NCBI GenBank assembly: GCA_002269645.1 | Contig: NIVC01000948.1 | Span: 110,708-174,707 of the forward strand | Reading direction: 5' to 3' | DNA: 64,000 nucleotides | From: Macrostomum lignano | Lineage: Eukaryota | Part shown: piece by piece, positions 54,305 through 64,000 of the stretch | How positions within the stretch are numbered: position 1 is the stretch's first letter | How the letters are laid out: every line of letters begins with the position of its first letter | Notes under the pieces: generated by a model | What the model was told of the DNA's origin: nothing | Databases searched by the model: none | What the model saw: the letters and a program-made list of their open reading frames with translations, nothing else | Translations under genes and position numbers: made by a program

Positions 54305-54783
54305 CGATGCGAGACTCGGACAAGTTTCAGGAGTAGAACTCAAGTAACTCCGAAATGACACAACATAGATGTCCGCTGAGTCTGAAGAGCACACTCAGTA
54401 TTGTGCTCACACAGAGGTCACTATGCTGTGCTTTTGCGTTTATATAAAAAGGGGCTCCACTTGACTCAATTGGTTTTATGAATCTATTTTATCATTTCGT
54501 TACACTTTTTATTACACAGTCATTAAGATAAGAATGATAAAATCGATTCATGAAACCAACTGAGTATAGCTGTGTCCTTTTTATGACATGTACAATTTTT
54601 ATGAAGCTTCTATCAAAAGCAATAATAATTTTTGCGCTGAAAAGATGAAAACTTCCAATCCCCGTATATTTTTTCCGGTCAAACCCGCCTCCTACGGGTA
54701 CTTTCGGACGTTTTGCTACAGTTTAGTGGATACAGGTACTAGTAGATCGTAAAATAAGGTAAATTAAACCAAAATGATGCAAT

Positions 54784-55200
54784 GGGGTTGTGGCCTAGTG
54801 CTTAGAGCGTCGGACTCGCGACTTGAAGATCGGGGGTTCGATTCTCGGTCACACTGGATCAATTTGTGTCCTTGAGCAAGACACTTGACTCTGCATTGCT
54901 TCAAAATGGGTGCCAGAATTAGCTGGGGTAATTGAGGCTGTGTGTGGCGACCCCCCAGTCCTTGGACTGAACAGCCGTACAGCCTTCAGATGCGCCGCGC
55001 AATAGCTGCGGCTGAGCTGTCGGTTGCACATCTGGGCCAATTGGCAATCGTGATCAATTAAAATGGACACTCGCCCTACTGTCACCAAGTTGGATGTTCT
55101 TGTTGGGCTTCAGCTGTTTAATGTACAGCGCCTGTAGGCATGCCGCGCAAACGTCATTAAAACTGCAATTTGATTAAAGAAAAAGAAAAGAAAGAAGAAA
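54784..55200 (+). mobile_element. tRNA-derived SINE (family B) with CORE-like segment
   Basis: A-box TGGCCTAGTG, B-box GGTTCGATTC, then gtgtccttgagcaagacactt (CORE/V-SINE-like) and an A-rich tail at ~55178-55200; no tRNA acceptor stem. Confidence 0.75.
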
Positions 55201-55765
55201 AGACGCGAATGTTCGTTTTTTCATTCATTTCCCAGCATTGCTAAAACGGTGTACTCCTACCTTGACTCTAGCTAGGAATTTGTTCTTTTCAGTTTGCCCA
55301 TTAAACTGGTTAGCCATTATCTACAGCACTGCTCCAAGCATGTGTGTGTTCTGGGAGAGTGTAAGTCTAATCAGCAAGGAAGCCCTTGGCAACCCGGTCT
55401 CCTACTAACAAATTCAATCTCAGAACACTTTTTGGGCCCACTCGTGACTCGCAGATTCTTAAAAAATAACGCAAAGTTTGTGAGTCGTCTCAGTTCTCAC
55501 AACCAACTACACACAGTTCGTACGGCTTGTATGCGCGATGGAAATCACAAAGCCAAGCGCAAGGCTCTACTGATTTTAATTGCAGCAAGCAGAGTTTTTT
55601 AGACTGCTATATTTTAGAGGATTGCACTTTTCTGAGGCACTTCAGCTGAATTCGAATGGTATGTATGAGAAAATGTTATAAATTAGAAAGAAACTAGATA
55701 TTATATTAGAAAGAGTACACTGGAAGATAAAAATTTGAATTTTAACCAATATTGTAATATCAACC

Positions 55766-56250
55766 CCCGCCCAGTCCTCGCTCACGTCACGCTGAACTCC
55801 GCCCAGTCCTCGCTCACGTCACGCTGAACTCCGCCCAGTCCTCGCTCACGTCACGCTGAACTCCGCCCAGTCCTCGCTCACGTCACGCTGAACTCCGCCC
55901 AGTCCTCGCTCACGTCACGCTGAACTCCGCCCAGTCCTCGCTCACGTAACGCTGAACTCCGCCCAGTCCTCGCTCACGTCACGCTGAACTCCGCCCAGTC
56001 CTCGCTCACGTCACGCTGAACTCCGCCCAGTCCTCGCTCACGTCACGCTGAACTCCGCCCAGTCCTCGCTCACGTCACGCTGAACTCCGCCCAGTCCTCG
56101 CTCACGTCACGCTGAACTCCGCCCAGTCCTCGCTCACGTCACGCTGAACTCCGCCCAGTCCTCGCTCACGTCACGCTGAACTCCGCCCAGTCCTCGCTCA
56201 CGTCACGCTGAACTCCGCCCAGTCCTCGCTCACGTCACGCTGAACTTCAC
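55766..56250. repeat. 32-bp minisatellite derived from the last codons of the lectin gene
   Basis: Unit cgcccagtcctcgctcacgtcacgctgaactc, ~15 copies. Confidence 0.95.
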
Positions 56251-56943
56251 CCAATCCTCGCCGTTCTCGATCTCCGACTCGACCTGAGCGTCGGTGAACA
56301 GCAGCAGGCGGCACAGCTTCGACCTCCTGTTGTACAGCGCGCGTCTGCAGTTTTTGTCTCGGCCAGCCGCCGCTACGCAGCTCACAGAGCTCGGCATCCC
56401 GGTCAGGTCTTTGTAGCAGTACTCGGTGCTCGGCTTGTAGCTGGTCCGCTTGAACTCCACTCGCCTCCAGGCGGCCGGCTGCAGCTTTGCGGCAGGTCGA
56501 GTCGCGGGCCGGAACTCGCACAGGTAGCCGCGAGGCCTCTTGCACAGCGAATTGGCGAGGCTGCCAGGATTCGCTTTGGTAAAAGTTCTCAAGCAGTCTT
56601 GCTTCAAATTACTCGAATTCTGCCCGTACCAGAGCGAGTCGTCCTCTGGCAGGTCGCCGTTGTCGTTGACTCGCTGCCAGCCCGACCTGCTGCTGCTTCG
56701 CTCATCGGCCAGGTCGGACACGCCGATCCACAGGTCCGCACCCGAGGCCAGCCTCTTGATGGAGCTGAGGCTGTTCGCCAGCTCGCCTCCGAGCGCCGCG
56801 CACTCCAGGTTGGCCTCGCACCAGGAGAAGCTTTGGTTGGCGTTCCTGAGCAGGCACGAGTTGGACGAGTTGGAGAACGGACTCGGGCACAGCGGCTGGG
56901 CCTGGGCTGAGCCGAGAAGAGCCAACAAAAGCAGGATTGTCAT
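56230..56943 (-). CDS. Secreted C-type lectin domain + PAN/apple-like domain protein, intronless
   Basis: Signal peptide MTILLLLALLGSAQA; CTLD pattern CPSPF...C...SWCEA...C...GGEL...LWIGV...C...C...YLCEF; C-terminal C..C....C...LYN....C.L PAN-like pattern. Confidence 0.78.
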   Translation of the reverse strand: MTILLLLALLGSAQAQPLCPSPFSNSSNSCLLRNANQSFSWCEANLECAALGGELANSLSSIKRLASGADLWIGVSDLADERSSSRSGWQRVNDNGDLPEDDSLWYGQNSSNLKQDCLRTFTKANPGSLANSLCKRPRGYLCEFRPATRPAAKLQPAAWRRVEFKRTSYKPSTEYCYKDLTGMPSSVSCVAAAGRDKNCRRALYNRRSKLCRLLLFTDAQVESEIENGEDWVKFSVT

Positions 56944-57949
56944 CCCAAATGTTTTCAGTGTTTGCCTGGTTTTTTCTGACAAGATTTGCTCAGAAGACTG
57001 AAATGGGTAAAGAAATTTATTTCAGAGCCAAATTTTTCCAGATTTAGCTATTGGATGTCGCCATCAAGGGGCTGGTTGCTAGGGCCAACGACCAGGATTT
57101 TAGGATAAAATCAGGAGTTTCATCTAGATTTCAGGGTGAAAACTGATGATTGCATGAGTTTGATCGGCAGCCATCGGTAGGTGGTTGGGAATGCCCAAAG
57201 TTATGAGTTGAAGCGCCGGTGAAGGGGATAAACGTCTTTCTGAAATGACAATTACAGGCTTCGCAGGGCAGGAGTTGAACTTCTCTCACTGTAAGACAAG
57301 TCAGAAGTGTTTTCCTGGGGTGGAGCAGCTCACCGGTAAACGCGCCAGACTCTTGCGCCACGAGAATTTTGGCTTGTGCACAAAAACTGGCCAGGGGGTT
57401 GTGGTGCCATCAAACCCATGAGGGCCAGCCCCTGTGGCACAGATAGTGTACATGCCTGTTCCAAGGACGACTCAACTAGAAGGACGGGAAACCTCGTTTC
57501 TTAGAAAATTTTAGAGAGCAGGTTTTCCCGAAAAAATACACTACGGAGATACACTAAGGTTTTCATTTTTTCAGCACAAAAATTGTTATTGCTTTTGATA
57601 GGAGGCAGATCCAGTGTTCATCTTTTGATATGTGGTGCCTTTCTTATTGCTCTATCGATATTCATAGAGCTTTTTGTTCAGACAATTAGGATTCTATGTA
57701 AATTTTTTATTCTACGTACATTTGCGCATATCTTGTGCCTATAAACCATTAGAGTAGCACGGCTCAGCTCTTTGGTTTTATGGGTCTATTTTATCATTCT
57801 TAGCTGACTGTGTAACAAATATGCGTAGCACAAATGATAAAATGGATTCATAAAATCAAATATTTAGAGCTGTGCAATGCATTTTTTTGTTTTTAGGTAC
57901 AGGAAATGAACGTAGAATAAAAAATTAACATAGAATCCCGTCCTTCTAC

Positions 57950-58140
57950 TTAAGTCGTCCTTGGCCTGACGATTAGAAAGTCAGGACCGCTGTACACCCT
58001 GTGTGAGCGCGTGTATGAGCGCGTGCCTGTGTACAGTATTGGTGCGCTTGCATGATGAAGGAGTCAGCGGAATGGCAGAATTGCTGTCAGCACTGGTTGT
58101 GGGACCGAAGACGTGTTGCGCCAGGATGCATGCAGCGAAT
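57950..58140 (+). mobile_element. SINE family A fragment (core + 3' body)
   Basis: CCTGAC-N9-GTCAGG at 57965-57985, then accgctgtacaccctgtgtgagcgcg...gagtcagcggaatggcagaatt, matching the reverse complements of ~36915-37010 and ~49835-49900. Confidence 0.7.
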
Positions 58141-59157
58141 ATTTATATATTTATTCGAGACTTCTTTCGTTATTTTCTGAATTTTATGCTGTAAAAATGC
58201 AGAGATATTCTGCTTTGAGTTCACTTAGAGTTCGGCTTGGTTGGCTTTCGGCACCATAGGCTGACTTTGCATGTATGTCATGCGATTGACATGAACAGCT
58301 CTCGGTGGCCTAGCTGAATAACAGAGTTCAAAAGGACACCCTACAATTCTATAAACATTTGTTTTGAATTAAGCAGTCTATCATATACACGCACGCCTCA
58401 TAATATTTTAGCTCCATAATGAATGAATGCATGCATGCTGCAAGATTTACGCATTGTTGACCCTCTGACCGATTCACCCTCAAACATCGTCAGCTGATAA
58501 CTGTGTGGAAGTCTGGGAAGTTGGCAGAAAATTATGATTGCTGCCGTGTTTTCCTGTCCAATCATATATACATATATAATATATTATGTTTAATCAAATA
58601 TAACAAATTACGTATCCAATAAAAAGTTAGACGCCTCCAGTACGTATTATTAGGTCGTATAGAACGTTTGTTTCTACAAAATTAGTGGAAATGCTTCTAA
58701 TAATTATATTTGTATTATATAAGAGGATTATCAGGGAGCAACAAATCGATGGCAAGAGCGAATTTTACGAGCCTGTATACTGTGTTCTATTCGTTAAAGG
58801 AATCTATTTTTTACGGATATCGATTTTTTTTAATTGTACAATCTTAACAAAGACTTCTTATGTATTTGCTCAGAATAAATTCTCATGTCAATGGTTGAGA
58901 ATTTTTATTAACGATTTTTTACCTATATTTGTTTTTTAACTATGCGCAAATAACGTGTTCTTTGATTTTTGATGTACAATAGATATTAAATTTTTAACTT
59001 CTGTTCCATTACTTTTTTAGAATATTCTATTAGATATTTGCGGCCTCGTCGGCTAGACGAATCTGGCTTGGAGAGGGAGCTACCTTTAACTGTATAGAGA
59101 GAGAAACATTACAAAAAAAATTTTACAGCTAAAAAATCTGTAGTGAACATTTTAGGA

Positions 59158-60778
59158 ATGTCCTCCAGAAGCAAAAGTGAGCTGCAAAGAAAAAAAGAGC
59201 GCTCTAAAGCAGTAAGTTTCTTTTTGAAATTGACTGTGATACAGATATGAGATTAAATTTCGACTGACTCGAAGTAAATTTATCTAATTTTTTTCCAAGA
59301 AAACTCGATAGGAAATGCAACATATTTTTTTTTAAATTGTTACCTAAAAAAGCAACATGAAACATTAGGTTAAATTTAAATTAGTACGAAAACTTAGGTC
59401 TTTTAGTTATTTTTTGTTGCCTCATGTCATGCCAGTTTTTTAAGAAGCGTATTTAGTTAGGTTCAAGAATTACTTATGAAATTAATTTTAATAAGGAGTA
59501 CATTGTACTTGCTATTGACATAAGATAACTTTATGCACAGTTCACTCAAAACAAGGTAAGTGAATAAGTAAGCCTTTAAGAGAAGTCTAAACTTTTGAAG
59601 TATATTTTTATTATTTTGGTGAAATTATATTAACAATAATAGCAATATGTCAGTATAAATAGATCAGTTCCTATCTAATGAATATTTAAATAATGTCCAC
59701 TATTTGACCACAGTAAAACAAATTATTTTGTACCTATTCTCTGTGCGCATTGACAGTACAACGAGCCTAGCAAGGAGGTAATGGAGGCCATTGTGGAGAG
59801 CCAGAGGCGGGTCAATGTCAGGCAAAAAAAGCAACGAGAGCAGCAGGAGAAGCTGAATGCTGTCGACATTGATGAGCAGCAATACGAGATTCTTGTTGGC
59901 CAGCTCAAGTAAGCTTAGTCCTCATCTTTTATCCCGTCTCATCCTACGCCAACCTAAGTTCATACCACCTGAATCATAAAAATCTCATCTGACTCCAATC
60001 TCATCTCAACCCAATCCCATCTCACTCCAATTATATCTCACCCCGATCTCATCTCACCCCTATCCAATCTCACCCCTATCCAACCTCACCCCTATCCAAT
60101 CTCACCCCAATCCATTCTCATCTTAGTGTTACCTCACCTCAGTTCCATCTTAATCCAAACCCCAGATACATTTCACTCTAATCTCATCTCAACCCTAATC
60201 TCATTTCAACCACAATCTCATCTCAATCCTAATCTCATCTCAATCCTAATCTCATCTCAACCCTAATCTCATCTCAACCCTAATCTCATCTCAACCCTAA
60301 TCTCATCTCAACTCTATTCTCACCTTAACCCTAATCTCATCTCAACCCTAATCTCATCTTGCCTTACTCAAATATCACTCTATCGATCTCTCCCCAATCC
60401 AACTGAATCTCACCCCTCAGATCGGCAGAGGCCCGCAACCGGCTGCGCATCCTGCGGGCCCGGCACTCGCAGGCGGCGGAGCGCGAGGTCGGGCACCTCA
60501 TCGCCTGCCAGCCGACGGCACTGCGGGCGGTCCGACTGGAGGCGATGCTGCCCCCCAAGGCGGCGGAGTCTGCGGCCGGGAGGTCGGCCGGTGCCGAGGC
60601 CGACCCGGAATCGGTCGGGATGAGCAAAGCAGATGTAATTAATAAGATTAGAAATTCTGTTCTGTTTACTCTACTTATAGTAAAAACAAACGAACATGCG
60701 CTGTCTATGATTACTAACGTTTCAAAAAATCGATAACAATTTCAGAGAAATCGACTCAACCAGCTGATGTCCAGATGA
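59158..60778 (+). CDS. LKAAEAR1: LKAAEAR-motif-containing protein homologue (~150 aa, 4 exons)
   Basis: Exons 59158-59211, 59757-59908, 60421-60634, 60746-60778 with phases 0, 2, 0 matching; spliced product contains YEILVGQLKSAEARNRLR...HLIACQPTALRAVRLEAMLPP, the LKAAEAR family signature. Confidence 0.8.
59985..60360. repeat. Degenerate 17-bp repeat (atctcaaccctaatctc) in LKAAEAR1 intron 2
   Basis: Direct reading. Confidence 0.85.
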
Positions 60779-61146
60779 TCCTTGCGACTTATGAGCAACA
60801 CCCGCAATCCAAAGCGCAATAAATTAACCGTTTTTATAGTTTCATTTTTATTTTAATTTCTGTGCAATAATCCTTTGAATCTGTCATAATCTCTTTTGCA
60901 ATGCAATCGATCCAAATACACTCTAATATTCTGTCCGCGTCTGGCTATATTGCATTATTGATTCTATTTTGCTATATGACAAGCTAGCCATAGTGAAATG
61001 TTTACTTAATGCCGCCATAGCAACACGAAGGGCTTATCGAAACTCGGGCTAACTTTGAGACTGGCCAACATCGGGTGCAATTAGCGTGGCTAGACAGGCC
61101 AGGCAAACAGAGCTGGCGGATGGGACTGGTTTACTGCGAGCTGAGC

Positions 61147-62225
<1,079 letters not shown>

Positions 62226-62689
62226 TATCCATGCATTTCTGTCCCAGAGCGCCAGTTCCCACATCAAATCAATACCCAGACTTCAACAAGTTACCAAGTT
62301 CGCAGCTCAGCATTTGCTTCTCAGAGAATCATGAGTCGCAGTGCAGAGAACTCTAAGGAATTCGATCCACTTGTATCAGAGACTTGGGCTTGGAGTCTCA
62401 TATTTCGGCCATTTCGTTGCTATGGCAACAAAGAACTTGACGTGTTACCGGTTGAAAAGTTCATGGCGGCCGCAGCCACTTCGCAAATCCTTCTGCCTTT
62501 TTTGCTAAAATATGCCAGTTATATCCGTCACTTTGGCCAGTGAAAATTTCGGCCTTTTCAAAAACTCTGCTTTGAGTTTTTTCTGTTTCCTTCTGACACA
62601 TCGGGTGTGTCTCTTGGTTGCTCTGCGCTTCCCCGCCTTCACTTGCGGGTACAAGAGCTCTCCAGCTGCCTACGGCTTCCTCTCACTGC

Positions 62690-63670
62690 TCACCTCTCCT
62701 CCTCTCCATTCTCACCTCTCCTCCTCTCCATTCTCACCTCTCCTCCTCTCCATTCTCACCTTCCTCCTCTCCATTCTCACCTCTCCTCCTATCCATTCTC
62801 ACCTCTCCTCCTATCCATTCTCACCTCTCCTCCTCTCTATTCTCACCTCTCCTCCTCTCCCCTCCTCTCCTCCTCTCTCTCCTCTCTTCCTCTCTCCCCT
62901 CTCCCCTCTCTCCCCTTTCCCCCTCTCTCCACTCAACCCTTTCCCCTCTCCTCCTCTCTCCTCCTCTCTCCCCCTCTCCTTCTCTCCCCTTCTCCTCTCT
63001 CCCTCTCCTCCTCTCTCCCCTCTCCTCCTCTCTCTCCTCTCTTCCTCTCTCCCCTCTCCCCCTCTCTCCCTTTCCCCTCTCTCCCTTCTCTTCCCTTTCC
63101 CCCTCTCTCCACTCAACCCTCTCCCCTCTCTCTCCCCTCTCCTCCTCTCCCCTCTCCTCCTATCTCTCTGTCTTCCTCTCTCCCCTCTCCCCTTCTCCCC
63201 TCTCTCCCCTTCCCCCTCTCTCCCCTCTCTTCCCTTTCCCCCTCTCTCCACTCAACCCTCTCCCCTCTCTCTCCCCTCTCCTCCTCTCTCCCCTCTCCTC
63301 CTCTCTCTCCTCTCTTCCTCTCTCCCTCTCCTCTCTCCCTCTCTCCCCTTTCCCCTCTCTCCCCTCTCTTCCCTTTCCCCCTCTCTCCACTCAACCCTCT
63401 CCCCTCTCTCCCCTCTCCTCTCTCCCCTCTCCTCCTCTCTCTCCTCTCTTCCTCTCCCCCTCTCCCCTCTCTCCCCTCTCTCCCTTTCCCCCTCTCTCCC
63501 CTCTCTTCCCTTTCCCTCTCTCCACTCACCCTCTCCCCTCTCTCTCCCCTCTCCTCCTCTCTCCCCTCTCCTTCTCTCTCTTCTCTCCTCTATCTCACCC
63601 GCTCCTTCTTTCTCACCCTCTCATCTCTTCATCTCTGTCATCTCAGTTCTCTCTCCTCTCCTCTCTCCCC
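62690..63670. repeat. CT-rich polypyrimidine low-complexity tract
   Basis: Direct reading. Confidence 0.93.
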
Positions 63671-64000
63671 TCTCAATTTCAAAACTCTCACAAGGCACAG
63701 TTCCCTCTCTCAGCTGCCGTATCTGACTCCCAGAGCAGAGCTCATGCCACATTTGCATTAGAAAATTCCATTGCTGCCTCAGTGCACTCGGCGCACTCAG
63801 AACCCAAAGCATCGGATGGTGCATTAAAAAAGAGCTTTAGCTTAAGGCGATGGCTAGGGTCACTTCGGGTCACGTGCTTTTGCGGACACGAACAAGCAAA
63901 GAAGATTTTACAGCGAAGTGCAAACAGCATCTGCTCTGCTTCATCCCGTCTTCACCCAAGCTCAAGATGCTCTATAAATATCGTAGATAAAAATCTGATT

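Noticed and set aside
54784-54860. Possible tRNA gene
   Set aside because: A and B boxes are present but there is no acceptor stem or poly-T terminator, and it continues into a SINE body.
57067-57436. Possible MITE bounded by AGGGGCTGG/CCAGCCCCT
   Set aside because: The inverted match is only 9 bp and no TSD or second copy was found.

Overview
Repeat-rich eukaryotic (metazoan) genomic DNA with GT-AG introns, GC-rich exons and a different micro- or minisatellite in most introns. The style suggests a free-living flatworm such as Macrostomum, but this is inference and the species is not provable from the window. Genes supported: an SRCR-containing lysyl oxidase-like gene (+, 688-4421), three class A peptide GPCRs (GnRH/AKH-receptor-like + ~5302-11735; FMRFamide-receptor-like - 25021-26675 and + 43239-49694), an intronless TIS11/ZFP36-like tandem CCCH protein (15244-16566), an orphan secreted helical protein, two uncharacterised spliced minus-strand genes, an SLC22 transporter, a C-type lectin + PAN/apple protein and an LKAAEAR1 homologue. 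Mobile elements: a deleted Gypsy element with LTRs, PBS, PPT and TSD; RTE, LOA/R1-like and ingi/Vingi-like LINE copies with TSDs; a Crypton/DUF3504-like fragment; and two tRNA-SINE types. The most striking observation is a young antisense LINE inside a coding exon of the SLC22 gene, whose ends happen to offer in-frame splice sites (possible intron gain in progress). Also notable are Tyr-to-Arg changes in both fingers of the TIS11-like protein, a GPCR lacking an in-frame start, inverted repeats bracketing two GPCR exons, and minisatellites born from gene ends and splice sites. No CRISPR, rRNA or bona fide tRNA was found. Most long ORFs in the supplied track are repeat artefacts. Exon coordinates were read by eye.
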